A DNA stretch of 64,000 bases from an uncultured bacterium (GTDB lineage: Bacteria; Zixibacteria; MSB-5A5; CAIYYT01): contig CAVSCK010000004.1 in NCBI GenBank assembly GCA_963726455.1, positions 608,001 through 672,000 on the forward strand. The letters run 5' to 3'. Of this stretch, positions 20,523-30,662 are shown piece after piece. The notes beneath the pieces are model-generated. The model did not search any database and was not told the DNA's origin. It saw only the letters and a program-made list of their open reading frames with translations. The translations under genes were made by a program, and so were the position numbers. How positions within the stretch are numbered: the stretch's first letter is position 1; every line of letters starts with the position of its first letter.

Positions 20523-22196
20523 ATGAGACAAGTGCGAACATCCGAAAAAGGTTTTACCACTCTGATCTTTCTGTCATTACTGCTGATGCTGACATTACTC
20601 GGTGTCAATGCAATCATGACATCGACATCAGAAGTGGACATCGCGGGTTACGAGCTGAATTCGACCTATGCCCTGTACGCCGCTGAGGCCGGGCTCGAGA
20701 CCGGTGCGGCCGCATTGAGAAATCAGTATGACCGGTTTGGAGTGCCGCCTGATGTTCTTCCCACGGACTCGTTCAATGTCGGCAACTACGGCGTCAGGTT
20801 CGTGGTGACGAAACCGGGTGCTACGCAAAACAAGATATTGACCACGGGCGCGTACAAGGGACTCTATTCCCTGACGGATGAATACGTAATTACGGCCGTG
20901 GCTTCGACACCGAATGAAAAGGCCAAGACGACGTTACGGATGACTGTCGATGCGTCAGTCGTGCCGGTATATCAATTCGCGGTGTTCTACGAAAACGATC
21001 TGGAAATAGCGCCCGGACCTGCCATGGTACTTGGAGGCCGCGTGCATTCCAATCGAGATATGTACCTGGCGTCGGAGAATTCGCTCAGGATCGATTCATA
21101 TACGACGGCTGCGGGCAACGTGTTCCATGGCCGCAGTCCGCTGTCGGGTATGGCGGCCGCCAACGGTGACGTTCAGATCAAGGACGCAGACGGCGTCTAC
21201 CAGAGCATGAAGAACGCCGACGGTACCTGGCTGGATGCGAACTCGGCGAACTGGGTGGCGAATGCCGTGAACCGCTGGGCCGGCAAGGTCGAGGACAAGG
21301 AAATGGGCATGACCGAACTGAAGCTGCCCGTCGTCGCTTCCGGTGAGCCGGTCGACATGATCAATCCGGCGGGAGCCGACAATGTCGATAGTTATGAGCG
21401 CAAGGCAGGTTTGAAAATCGTCAACGGGCAAGTTTACTTTAAGAGACCCGACTCGACCTGGCAGAATGTTACGACCGATTTCACCAGCGCCGGTATCATT
21501 GCGTCAAAGACCTTCAAGGATACCCGTGAGAACAAGACCGTCTATTCCACCGACCTCGATATTTCCAAGTTGAATACTTCCGCTTATTGGCCGACCAACG
21601 GCATAATCTACTCCAGCAATGAAAACGGAACTAACCTTACGGCGACACGCCTCGTTAACGGCTCTACGTTGAAGGACAAGCTGACGGTGGCGTGTAACAA
21701 TCCGGTCTACACCAAAGGCGACTACAATACGGTCACGAAGAAATCGGCCGCTATTATGACTGATGCGATAACGGTCTTGTCGAACGGGTGGAACGACGCC
21801 AACAGCGCATTAGCCAAATCGAGCCGCGTCGCATCGAATACGGCCGTAAATTTTGCCTACATGACAGGAAACAAAGCATCTGGAGCCGGTGGCGGTTCCA
21901 GCTATTCGGGCGGTTTCGAAAACCTGCCGAGGTTCCTCGAAACCTGGAGCGGTAAGACGTTTACGTGGAGAGGGTCGGCGGTCTGCCTGTGGCAGTCAAG
22001 GTACGCGACGGGCACGTGGGGCGGCGGCTATTATGATCCGCCCAATCGAAATTGGGCATTCGACACGGATTTCCTTGATCCGACCAAGCTGCCTCCCGGT
22101 ACGCCTCTGATTTCAATTGTGATGAAGACGTCGTGGGTGGAACTCAAGGGGCAGTACGCTGAACAAGCATTGGCTGAGGCCATGGGTGGCTCTTAG
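20523..22196 (+). CDS. Large PilX-like minor pilin with extended C-terminal domain
   Basis: KG|FTTLIF (no Glu+5, as in PilX); PilX_N-like ALYAAEAGLE; GRVHSN; C-terminal YSGGFENLPRFLETW...YYDPPNRNWAFD...LPPGTP. Confidence 0.8.
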   Translation: MRQVRTSEKGFTTLIFLSLLLMLTLLGVNAIMTSTSEVDIAGYELNSTYALYAAEAGLETGAAALRNQYDRFGVPPDVLPTDSFNVGNYGVRFVVTKPGATQNKILTTGAYKGLYSLTDEYVITAVASTPNEKAKTTLRMTVDASVVPVYQFAVFYENDLEIAPGPAMVLGGRVHSNRDMYLASENSLRIDSYTTAAGNVFHGRSPLSGMAAANGDVQIKDADGVYQSMKNADGTWLDANSANWVANAVNRWAGKVEDKEMGMTELKLPVVASGEPVDMINPAGADNVDSYERKAGLKIVNGQVYFKRPDSTWQNVTTDFTSAGIIASKTFKDTRENKTVYSTDLDISKLNTSAYWPTNGIIYSSNENGTNLTATRLVNGSTLKDKLTVACNNPVYTKGDYNTVTKKSAAIMTDAITVLSNGWNDANSALAKSSRVASNTAVNFAYMTGNKASGAGGGSSYSGGFENLPRFLETWSGKTFTWRGSAVCLWQSRYATGTWGGGYYDPPNRNWAFDTDFLDPTKLPPGTPLISIVMKTSWVELKGQYAEQALAEAMGGS

Positions 22197-22244
22197 GCCG
22201 CCGGAACAATCCCTCCCCTGACTGACTCACTACCGCTACTTCCA

Positions 22245-22278
22245 CGAGAGGGTCGCACCGACCCTCTCGATTTATTTG
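22245..22278 (+). terminator. Rho-independent terminator between convergent pilX-like and signal peptidase genes
   Basis: Perfect 11-bp stem CGAGAGGGTCG-cac-CGACCCTCTCG followed by ATTTATTT. Confidence 0.75.
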
Positions 22279-22297
22279 TGGTCATCCGGGAATAGGA

Positions 22298-23236
22298 TTA
22301 GTGCACACTCAATCCCCAGCGTGCAAGATGCGGACTATAGAACAGCTTCTCTACCCTCCCGATAATCATTCCGCGACCGACGGTACCCCAAAAGCGCGAA
22401 TCGTATGAATTATCGCGATTGTCACCCAGCATAAAGTAATTGCCCGGCGCCACAACAACCGGATCGAAAGAATCCCGCGCTTCAACGATCGCAGAATCGC
22501 GATGAACGACCTGCGATGAGGGCGCTTCTTTGCGTCCGTTGACGTACAGCTCCTTGCTCACCATTTGAACGGTGTCTCCCCCTATTGCGACGCATCGCTT
22601 AACGTATGTGATCTGTGGATTCGGAGGAAATTTGAAGACAATTACGTCTCCTCTATTGGGGCGGGCGTCTTCGTATGCCGAAAGATCGACAAGAAGCCGT
22701 TCGTCCACCATCACGGATGGCTCCATACTGCCAGTTCTATTAATGTAAATCCGAAAGTTGCCGTACATCGGTACGAGCGAGGATTCCGCCACCCAAAACA
22801 AGACGGCAAACACGATGTAGGTCCGGACAGATCCGGGACGCGGGGGCTTCTTTTCGAGCCGATGAAATTCCCTGGCCTTGGCTGCGGCCGTCCAGAATAC
22901 CGATGCCGTGAATACCGCTCCGGTGAGCATGGGAAGCATAATATTGAAGGGCGCGGCCTTCCAGTATACGAACGCCGCCATGATCAGATTCGAAAGCAGA
23001 ATACCGGAACACATCGCCGAAATGGCGAGAGCATATCCGCCGGCGTAGAGGTGTCCCACGCCGGGACAGACAATGCTGAGGAGTACCGCGATGACCGGCT
23101 TGGGGTGCCCGCTATACTTCAGCCTTCTTGACTTACCGCACTGGGGACAATGGTACATCTCCGAGGACACTTCGTGTGGTTCCAATTCCAGCACGGCGCC
23201 ACACTTGCATTCCTGTTCCATCGCCTGCTCCTCCAT
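22298..23236 (-). CDS. lepB: Signal peptidase I (S26A) with N-terminal Cys cluster and extra TM helices
   Basis: Catalytic GSMEP (Ser), YVKR (Lys), GDNRDNSYDSRFWG; N-terminal CKCG...CPQCG and about four hydrophobic segments. Confidence 0.85.
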   Translation of the reverse strand: MEEQAMEQECKCGAVLELEPHEVSSEMYHCPQCGKSRRLKYSGHPKPVIAVLLSIVCPGVGHLYAGGYALAISAMCSGILLSNLIMAAFVYWKAAPFNIMLPMLTGAVFTASVFWTAAAKAREFHRLEKKPPRPGSVRTYIVFAVLFWVAESSLVPMYGNFRIYINRTGSMEPSVMVDERLLVDLSAYEDARPNRGDVIVFKFPPNPQITYVKRCVAIGGDTVQMVSKELYVNGRKEAPSSQVVHRDSAIVEARDSFDPVVVAPGNYFMLGDNRDNSYDSRFWGTVGRGMIIGRVEKLFYSPHLARWGLSVH

Positions 23237-23349
23237 TTTCTATTCATAGTATAGTCACTAACGGTCGCAAATGTGAAACTTGCGACGGGAGAAATTTACT
23301 GGAGGTGAATGATGTGACAAGTGATTTTGTAAGGAAACGAACGGCCGAA

Positions 23350-24810
23350 TTACTTTATGCCGTAGCGATCGATGCGATCGCGAAGGGTATTGCGGGAGAT
23401 GCCGAGCGACTCGGCGGCCTTGACCTGATTGTTGTTCAGGTGCTGGAGCGTCAGGCCGATGACGGCCTTTTCGAAAGCTTCCTGGATATGGGCGTAAATC
23501 TGTCCGTTGGAACTCGTGTAGATCTTGCCGTAGATCGGTTCCAACAGGCGGCGGAACATCTGGTAGTAATTATCCTTCAATTCATCGAAGTCGATCTTGA
23601 CCAGCTCGCGGCGGTCTTTAACGATCGGCAGGTCGTCGACATCCAACGCCCGATTCTTGCTCATAACAACGGCCGTCTGAATCGTGTTTTCCAGCTCGCG
23701 AACGTTTCCCGGCCAGGGGTACCTGAGGAGGAGCTTCATGGCATCGGATGTAATGCCCTCGATGTGTTTGCCGGTGGCCTTGTTATAAATCTGCAGAAAA
23801 TGATTTGCCAGCAGCGAGATGTCATCGCGGCGTTCACGCAACGACGGCAGATAGATCGAAACAACTTTCAGGCGATAGAACAGGTCGATACGGAATTTGC
23901 CGTCCTTGATCGCCGAGACGAGACTCTTGTTCGTAGCAGCGATGACGCGGACATTGACTTTAATTGTCTGCTCCCCCCCTACCCTTTCGAATTCCTGCTC
24001 CTGCAACATGCGCAAGAGCTTGCTTTGAGTGGCCATTGAGGTGTCGGCGATTTCATCGAGGAAGATCGTGCCGCCATTGGCTAATTCGAATTTGCCGAGT
24101 TTGCGCGAGTAGGCATTGGTGAAAGCGCCTTTTTCATGTCCGAACAGCTCGGACTCCAGCAGCGTTTCCGTGAGCGCGGCGCAATTGACCGAGAGGAATA
24201 CTTTGTCAGAGCGATTCGAGTTGCGATGTATGGCCCGCGCGACCAGTTCCTTGCCCGTTCCCGATTCGCCGAAAATCAATACTGCCGCATCCGACTTGGC
24301 GACGCGACCGATCATCTTGGCGATCTCGACGATTTCCTCTGACGAACCGACGATTTCGCGATAGGTCTCGGGCATTTCGCCGAGCGAGTCGGGCAGTGAC
24401 GTCCGATGCATTTCGGGCCGTGTTTCGTGGTGCGCCAACGTTGAGGCATGCAGTTCTTCCGTTGCCTTGTTGATCGTGACCAGCAGCCGCTCGATCTGGA
24501 ACGGCTTGGTAACGTATTCGTAAGCGCCCTCTTTCATCGCTTCCATCGCGTTGTCAGTAGAAACGTAGCCGCTGATAATAATCACCGGCGGAGAGTCGGC
24601 GATGCCCTTGATTTCCCTGAGCAGATCCAACCCGGATCCGGACGGCAGGTTGACGTCGAGGAGTACGACATCCGGGCTCTTGGATTTAATGAAGTCGACG
24701 GTACCCGGGGCATCCGCCAGAATATCGACATGATACTCCTTGGGATCTACGAGTTCCACGAGGGTCTCGCTTAAACTCCTGTCGTCGTCGACTAGCAGAA
24801 TGCTTTTCAT
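23350..24810 (-). CDS. Sigma54-dependent response regulator (REC-AAA+-Fis HTH), NtrC family
   Basis: LLVDDD/LLDVNLP receiver; GESGTGKE; ESELFGHEKGAFTNA; WPGNVRELEN; AAESLGISRNTL. Confidence 0.93.
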   Translation of the reverse strand: MKSILLVDDDRSLSETLVELVDPKEYHVDILADAPGTVDFIKSKSPDVVLLDVNLPSGSGLDLLREIKGIADSPPVIIISGYVSTDNAMEAMKEGAYEYVTKPFQIERLLVTINKATEELHASTLAHHETRPEMHRTSLPDSLGEMPETYREIVGSSEEIVEIAKMIGRVAKSDAAVLIFGESGTGKELVARAIHRNSNRSDKVFLSVNCAALTETLLESELFGHEKGAFTNAYSRKLGKFELANGGTIFLDEIADTSMATQSKLLRMLQEQEFERVGGEQTIKVNVRVIAATNKSLVSAIKDGKFRIDLFYRLKVVSIYLPSLRERRDDISLLANHFLQIYNKATGKHIEGITSDAMKLLLRYPWPGNVRELENTIQTAVVMSKNRALDVDDLPIVKDRRELVKIDFDELKDNYYQMFRRLLEPIYGKIYTSSNGQIYAHIQEAFEKAVIGLTLQHLNNNQVKAAESLGISRNTLRDRIDRYGIK

Positions 24811-24830
24811 ATTACTCCTCTCATCAGTAA

Positions 24831-24858
24831 TAATCGGCGAAGAGAGGGTGTTTATTTA
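24831..24858 (-). promoter_or_regulatory. Possible sigma28 (FliA)-type promoter for the NtrC-like gene
   Basis: Minus strand TAAA-N16-GCCGATTA overlapping the prsR stop, followed by the GAGAGGAG RBS. Confidence 0.45.
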
Positions 24859-26217
24859 CTTGTCTTTGGAGATTTTGTACTTCTCTAGCAGATCGTAAAG
24901 CGTTGTCCGGCTGGTACCGAGGTCGCGGGCGGCCTTGGAGACGTTCCAGTTGTTTCGTATTAGAGCGGCGCGGATGTGATTCGACTCGGCTTCCTCGCGC
25001 ACTTCCTGCAACGATTTCTGGCCATTCGCCGCCGAACCCTCAAAACCGAGGTCTTCAGCAGTCAGGCGGTTGGTGGACGAGAGAATCACTGCGCGTTTAA
25101 TCCGGTTTTCCAGCTCGCGAATATTGCCCGGCCAGTCGTACGAGCGCATGCGTTGCAGCGCCGAGGGTCCGAAGCTGAGATTGGCTTTGTTATTCTCGGC
25201 GGCGTAGACGCCCAGCAGGTAATTGCCGATGATGGCGATGTCGTCCTCGCGTTCACGCAACGGCGGCAGATCAACGTTAATGACTGTCAGGCGGTAATAC
25301 AGATCCTCGCGGAAACGCTTCTTTTCGACTTCCTCGGTAAGCGAGCGATTCGTAGCGGCGATCACTCTGACATCAAGTGGAATGACCGTCTTGCCGCCAA
25401 CGCGCTCGATAATTCGATCCTGCAGGAAGCGCAACAGCTTGACCTGCAGCGCCAGCGACAGCTCCCCTATTTCGTCCAGGAACAACGTCCCTTTGTCAGC
25501 CAATTCAAACTTGCCGATCTTCTGAGTAAAGGCGTCCGTGAAGGCGCCCTTTTCATGCCCGAACAATTCGGATTCCAGTAGCGTCTCCGGAATTGCCCCG
25601 CAGTTGATCGTCACAAACGCCTTCTCCGCGCGGTCCGAACGGCTGTGAATAGCTTTGGCGATCAGCTCTTTGCCGGTTCCCGACTCCCCGGCGATCAGGA
25701 CAGTGTACGGCGTCCGCGCGACCGTCTCCACCAGGCGAAATACTTTGAGCATCCGCGGCGAATGCCCGATGATGTTGGAAAACCCGGTGTACGGCTCCAC
25801 TGTCTCACTGAGCTGTTGATTCTCGTCTTCGAGCTTCCGGATATATGCCGCACGATCGACGATTACCTTGAGATCGGACAGATCAATCGGCTTGGCGTAG
25901 AAATCAATAGCGCCGGCGCGAATCGCGGCCAGGGCGTTGGCGTGCTCGGTGTTCCCCGTCACCATCACGACTTTTACCTTGGGGTCAAGTTCGAGAAGCT
26001 GCGGCAATATTTCCAGCCCTTCCTGACTACCTCCATATGGCGACAGGGCGATATCGAGCAGCACCACCTGCGGGCGATTCTCCCGCGCCTGGGAAATGGC
26101 TTCATCCGCAGTGCCGGCAGTGCAGACAACGTATTCGGATTCCAGTGCCATCGACAGCAGGTTGCGGATGCCGTCTTCATCATCAACGATCAGGATCTTA
26201 GCTTTATGTTCAGTCAT
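24856..26217 (-). CDS. prsR: PEP-CTERM system sigma54 response regulator PrsR-like
   Basis: Receiver PQVVLLDIAL.P...EGL...KVVMVTGN.E..NALAAIRAGAIDFYAKP typical of PrsR; AAA+ with GAFTDA; directly follows a PrsK-like kinase. Confidence 0.82.
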   Translation of the reverse strand: MTEHKAKILIVDDEDGIRNLLSMALESEYVVCTAGTADEAISQARENRPQVVLLDIALSPYGGSQEGLEILPQLLELDPKVKVVMVTGNTEHANALAAIRAGAIDFYAKPIDLSDLKVIVDRAAYIRKLEDENQQLSETVEPYTGFSNIIGHSPRMLKVFRLVETVARTPYTVLIAGESGTGKELIAKAIHSRSDRAEKAFVTINCGAIPETLLESELFGHEKGAFTDAFTQKIGKFELADKGTLFLDEIGELSLALQVKLLRFLQDRIIERVGGKTVIPLDVRVIAATNRSLTEEVEKKRFREDLYYRLTVINVDLPPLREREDDIAIIGNYLLGVYAAENNKANLSFGPSALQRMRSYDWPGNIRELENRIKRAVILSSTNRLTAEDLGFEGSAANGQKSLQEVREEAESNHIRAALIRNNWNVSKAARDLGTSRTTLYDLLEKYKISKDK

Positions 26218-28280
26218 GCTGATTTCAGTCTCATTTTGAAACAGGTTCCTTCACCCACTCTGGAGCTGACTGTCAAAGCGCCTCCCATTTGTTCGACAAG
26301 TTCCTTGGACTGGAATAGTCCGATTCCAAGGCCGCTGGACTTACTCGTCTGGAAGGGCCGGAACAGCTTATCACGGATGAAATCGGGCGTCATGCCGACT
26401 CCGGTGTCGCGCACGGTTAAGACCACTCCGCCATCTTCGACCGCGGCACCCAAGTGCAGCTCTCCCCCGCCGGGCATCGCCTCGATGGCGTTAATTACGA
26501 GATTCGACAAAACACTTTTCAGACGCTCCGGGTTACTCTTGACGGCCGGCAGGTCGCCGAGATCAAGTTTGACCGCAATCTTATGCTGTCCAGACAACTT
26601 CATTTCCTCAATCAAATCTAACACAACCTGCTTGAGATCGCAATCGGATAGCGGCATCGCGGCCTCTTTCGCCGGCGAAGTGAGCCGCCCGATCATTCGT
26701 TTCATGCGCTCCTGCGCTCCTCGCAGGGTGTCGATCGTCACCTGCTGGAAGCGCGGGTCACCAAATCTGGTTTCGGCATTTTGCAGGATCATCGACAGCA
26801 TGGAAATCAAGTTCTTGACGTCGTGAATCACAAACGACGAGACCTTGGTGAACGACGCCAATTCCCTGGTCTCAAGCAATGCTTCCGACTGACTCGCCGA
26901 CAATAATGACAGCGCAAGCTGGTGCGATATGGAATCGATAAGAAAACGCACGTCGGAGGTCATGGCGGTTGCCGAACGGCAACTGATGAAGCCGACCAGT
27001 TCTTTGCGAGCCAATAGCGGAATCAGGAATTCGATCGCTTCGGAGTCAAGAAACCGGCTTTCGTCGGGCGAGCAGTCCCCCAGAAACGGGCGAATTTCCT
27101 CGCGGGAAAGCATGCGGCCCGCGCGGAACAACCAATCCTCCACCGACGGCAGTAAGACGGTACGCTGGTCACGCGAGGGATAGCCAAGATCGAATTCGCC
27201 GCGACGGTCTCCCTTGAGGGCGATTACGATATCGCTCATCTGGCATTTCTTTTCCAGCACGCTCACGATGCAATCGAACATTTCACGTTTGTCGGTCGCA
27301 GCGCCGACATCCTCCGCGAAAGTTGACAGATCAGTGAGCAGGTCCAGTTTGCCGGAATAGATTGACCGGTCGACCAGTCCACGCCAGCGCGCCTTGATCG
27401 AACTCGAAAAGAAGAGCGCCACAAAAGCCAAAATCAGCATGAAGGCGGCAAGCACCGAAAAGAATACTTTCGGCGAACCTCCGAGCGAAATCAGCAACCA
27501 CACTGCCCCACCGAGCATCACGAGGTAAGCGCCCACCAGCAGCACCGCTACCGATGAGTAGACGGCTTCGCGGGAGATTACGACTCGCTGGCCGGTGATC
27601 TCTTCGAAGACAAGAAAACGTGACACGAGCACGAGAGCTCCGATCGACACCAGCGCGGCGGCCTGAATACTCACGAAATCGATGCGGGCATATAGTAGTC
27701 CCAGCATCGCCGCGATCAAGAGCACGGCGAACAGCAACGCGAGTATCAGAGCCGGTTTGAACAACGCACTTCGCAAACGTCCAACGGATGCACGGAAAGT
27801 GCTCTCCAGTTGGAATAGGCAGAAGGTGTAACTGATGATCAACACCGCGAGAAAATATTTGCCGAGCGTGTTCAGGTGGATGAATCGCTGTTCGGTCTGA
27901 TCGATTTGCAGATGGAAGAGCGGCGAAAAGAACGAAGCCACAGCAGCGGCAACCATCAAGAAGATCAGGAGGTAGACGGTCAGACCGCGCTGGCGCAAGC
28001 TCGCCAAACCCGATTCGCGCGCAAAGACCAGCATGAATAACAGCATCAAAGCGCTGGTTACGGAGAGTGTTGACGACAGAATTCCCTGCTGCCAGGTTTG
28101 CAAGACGACGTTGCGCGGAATTATCAGGATATAGGCAACCCACATGACGAGAGTTGCCAGACAAGTGACTACAAAAAGCTGGGCGGAGATATGAACCGGT
28201 TTACGTACCAACACGAACAGCATCGTAAAGAAGGCGGCAAAGCAAGCTCCGATCTCGGCAAGGTCATATAGCGAGAACAT
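26214..28280 (-). CDS. prsK: PEP-CTERM system membrane histidine kinase PrsK-like
   Basis: About nine TM helices, GAF-like region, H-box FTKVSSFVIHDVKNL..MLSMILQNAE...DPRFQ and FRPFQTSKSSGLGIGLFQS, matching PrsK signatures. Confidence 0.85.
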   Translation of the reverse strand: MFSLYDLAEIGACFAAFFTMLFVLVRKPVHISAQLFVVTCLATLVMWVAYILIIPRNVVLQTWQQGILSSTLSVTSALMLLFMLVFARESGLASLRQRGLTVYLLIFLMVAAAVASFFSPLFHLQIDQTEQRFIHLNTLGKYFLAVLIISYTFCLFQLESTFRASVGRLRSALFKPALILALLFAVLLIAAMLGLLYARIDFVSIQAAALVSIGALVLVSRFLVFEEITGQRVVISREAVYSSVAVLLVGAYLVMLGGAVWLLISLGGSPKVFFSVLAAFMLILAFVALFFSSSIKARWRGLVDRSIYSGKLDLLTDLSTFAEDVGAATDKREMFDCIVSVLEKKCQMSDIVIALKGDRRGEFDLGYPSRDQRTVLLPSVEDWLFRAGRMLSREEIRPFLGDCSPDESRFLDSEAIEFLIPLLARKELVGFISCRSATAMTSDVRFLIDSISHQLALSLLSASQSEALLETRELASFTKVSSFVIHDVKNLISMLSMILQNAETRFGDPRFQQVTIDTLRGAQERMKRMIGRLTSPAKEAAMPLSDCDLKQVVLDLIEEMKLSGQHKIAVKLDLGDLPAVKSNPERLKSVLSNLVINAIEAMPGGGELHLGAAVEDGGVVLTVRDTGVGMTPDFIRDKLFRPFQTSKSSGLGIGLFQSKELVEQMGGALTVSSRVGEGTCFKMRLKSA

Positions 28281-29119
28281 TACTCTTCAGAGACTTCAAG
28301 AAAGTATCTGACGATCGAACCCGTGGTGAAAAAGCTGGAGACGGCGGAGACAAAGACCAGCGCCACCATCAATATGAGAATCAAACCGGGATTGAATTTC
28401 CGCACGAGCGTATCCGTGCTCTGCAATGGGAGAATGAGCAGCACGGTGATAATGAACTGCGGAATTGCCACGAAGAAATAAGTCATGAAGAAATTCCGGA
28501 AAAACAAATTAAAGGTACCGCTAAAACAGGAGCCCAGTTTTCGCTTCCGAATCATCAGGTACGGAATGGCATAGATGAAGAGCGCAATCAACAACGAGCT
28601 CAAGAGTGCCAGACCGAGCGACAACGCGTATTCGCGCCGCGGCGAACCGGCCACGTACTCGCGAAAGAGGCCGGGGATTAATCTGAATAGAAGAATGACT
28701 GCCACTTCGGTGACGAGCCAGATGAGAAATATCTTGCCGTATTCTTTCCAGGCGGACTTCACCGCAACGCCGAAGCTGGGTTTCTCGCCGCGATAATACG
28801 CGAGAAACATTAGCGTTGCCGCACCGGTCAGGAGTGATTCAATAAACAGCGAGGTCGCCAGATTGATCCACTGAAAGGCGGTGGGCATGTATGCGAGGTG
28901 TTGCGGATAGTGCGTGATGCCGACATTGGTGCACCAGATCAAAAGTGGAATCAGCCACGATGCCAATAGCGGCGAGAACATCGAATTGATGCCCCAAACC
29001 GCAAGCAGCCCGACGAGAACATACAACAGAAACGGCGGCCAGAGCCGCACGTTAAATAAAGCGAGGAACAGTCGACCATAAGTCGACAGAAAGAAATTCA
29101 GTTTCTCCAGCGCTGACAT
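28280..29119 (-). CDS. Integral membrane protein (about six TM), function unknown
   Basis: 279-aa hydrophobic ORF translationally coupled to prsK. Confidence 0.75.
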   Translation of the reverse strand: MSALEKLNFFLSTYGRLFLALFNVRLWPPFLLYVLVGLLAVWGINSMFSPLLASWLIPLLIWCTNVGITHYPQHLAYMPTAFQWINLATSLFIESLLTGAATLMFLAYYRGEKPSFGVAVKSAWKEYGKIFLIWLVTEVAVILLFRLIPGLFREYVAGSPRREYALSLGLALLSSLLIALFIYAIPYLMIRKRKLGSCFSGTFNLFFRNFFMTYFFVAIPQFIITVLLILPLQSTDTLVRKFNPGLILILMVALVFVSAVSSFFTTGSIVRYFLEVSEE

Positions 29120-29132
29120 GCGACCTCGACGG

Positions 29133-30662
29133 TTATTGGTTTGGACCGTTAACTTCGTTGGACGTTGGCGAAACCACGCCCCACTTGTCTACTACAACTA
29201 CCACGTAGTAGAATTTCTGTCCCTTTACAATATTGTTATCGACAAACGAAATCGTGCTCTGACCGGTGACCACGCCTGTCAAATTGGCCGGTTGCGTGGG
29301 CACCCCGGCGCTGGCGGCACGATAAATCCGATACGCGGCAAAGTCCTTGTCGTCATTCGGAGTCCAGCCGAGAGTCACACTCGTCGAATCCTGATTCGTG
29401 ACAAACAACGTCACGGCTTTAGGAGGCAGATTCGCGAAGGTTGTCGCCTTGACGATGTTGCTTTGAGCGCTCTGGCCCGCCTTGTCAACCGTGAATACGG
29501 CATAATAGTAATCTGTGGCCGGCTTTCTCGAATTGTCTCGGAACGATGTCGAATTGACATCAGTCTGTGTCGTCAGCAAAGTGGATCCTGTGGTAACATT
29601 GGCGCTGTCGGACCTGAAGAGGCGATAGCTGCCGAAATCAGATGTAGTTGAACGCGACCAGTCCAGTTCAATCTCGCTTTCAGAGACGACAAATGCAGAC
29701 AGCGTCACTGCCTCGGGCGGATTGGCTACTGTGACAAAAGTCAACGCCGCTCTTGCTGCCGCCTGATTTCCGGCAGCATCAGTAAAGCTGCCCGTGACGG
29801 TACCCTGGACCACGCTCACGCCTCCGGGAATCACGTAATCGGTTTCATAGACGCCATTCTGGGCGGCATTTTCAACCAGGTTGATCGTGCCCAAACTACT
29901 GACTGCGACGGAGGCCACTCCCCCCGACTCGCCGCCGTCGAGTGTAAAATGTATCTGATCGCCGGCATGGAGTATTTGCCCGTTCGAGTTTTCGGTCACC
30001 GATATGATGGAAGCGCGCGTGTCGAGAATGACACTGTCTTGTACGAAGTGAGAGGTCTCATTACCTTCCACATCGCGAAAGCGTGCATAAACAGATTTCA
30101 CTCCGTCGCCGGGCGTAAGCTGCCAATTTCTGTTGGCGGAAAACGCTTGCCAGGTCGAACCGCTGAATGTTGAGTCGTTGCTGATCTTAACGAGTTGCGT
30201 CCCACCGGGGGCCACCAGGCCAAGTGATACGTCCACCGAACGGACATACTTGGCGCCGGAAGATATCGAAACCGCAAAGATATTAGGAGTTGCCGAGACC
30301 GGCGTAGAGCGCTTGCTCTCGAGTCCATTGAGACCGAGCGAGCTTACCTGATAGATATAGCGCAGCCCGTTACGAAGAGCGCCGTCCGTAAATGTCAACT
30401 GAGTTGTTGAGTCTATCAAGTCGGTATGACTGCTGCCGGTGTCACCACGATAGATCATATAGCGCGCAATCAAACTTGGATCAGAAATCTCCCAGCTTAG
30501 AATCACGGTACGGTCTGACACCAAAGTCTGAACCGTCTTCGGAACTTCAGGCGCTCCAGCTACCGTATTGGTCTGAGTTGGCTTGCTGATCTGGTTCGTG
30601 CACCCGCCGGCAATCAGGAGGCCGCCGGCTAATATCACAATGAGTAAGAGAATATTCTTCAT
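29133..30662 (-). CDS. Lipoprotein with multiple fibronectin type III / Ig-like domains
   Basis: Lipobox IAGGC; repeated L.W...Y.IYR...F.D.....YYY.V FN3 patterns; GDGVKSVYARFRD..GN Ig-like module. Confidence 0.85.
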   Translation of the reverse strand: MKNILLLIVILAGGLLIAGGCTNQISKPTQTNTVAGAPEVPKTVQTLVSDRTVILSWEISDPSLIARYMIYRGDTGSSHTDLIDSTTQLTFTDGALRNGLRYIYQVSSLGLNGLESKRSTPVSATPNIFAVSISSGAKYVRSVDVSLGLVAPGGTQLVKISNDSTFSGSTWQAFSANRNWQLTPGDGVKSVYARFRDVEGNETSHFVQDSVILDTRASIISVTENSNGQILHAGDQIHFTLDGGESGGVASVAVSSLGTINLVENAAQNGVYETDYVIPGGVSVVQGTVTGSFTDAAGNQAAARAALTFVTVANPPEAVTLSAFVVSESEIELDWSRSTTSDFGSYRLFRSDSANVTTGSTLLTTQTDVNSTSFRDNSRKPATDYYYAVFTVDKAGQSAQSNIVKATTFANLPPKAVTLFVTNQDSTSVTLGWTPNDDKDFAAYRIYRAASAGVPTQPANLTGVVTGQSTISFVDNNIVKGQKFYYVVVVVDKWGVVSPTSNEVNGPNQ

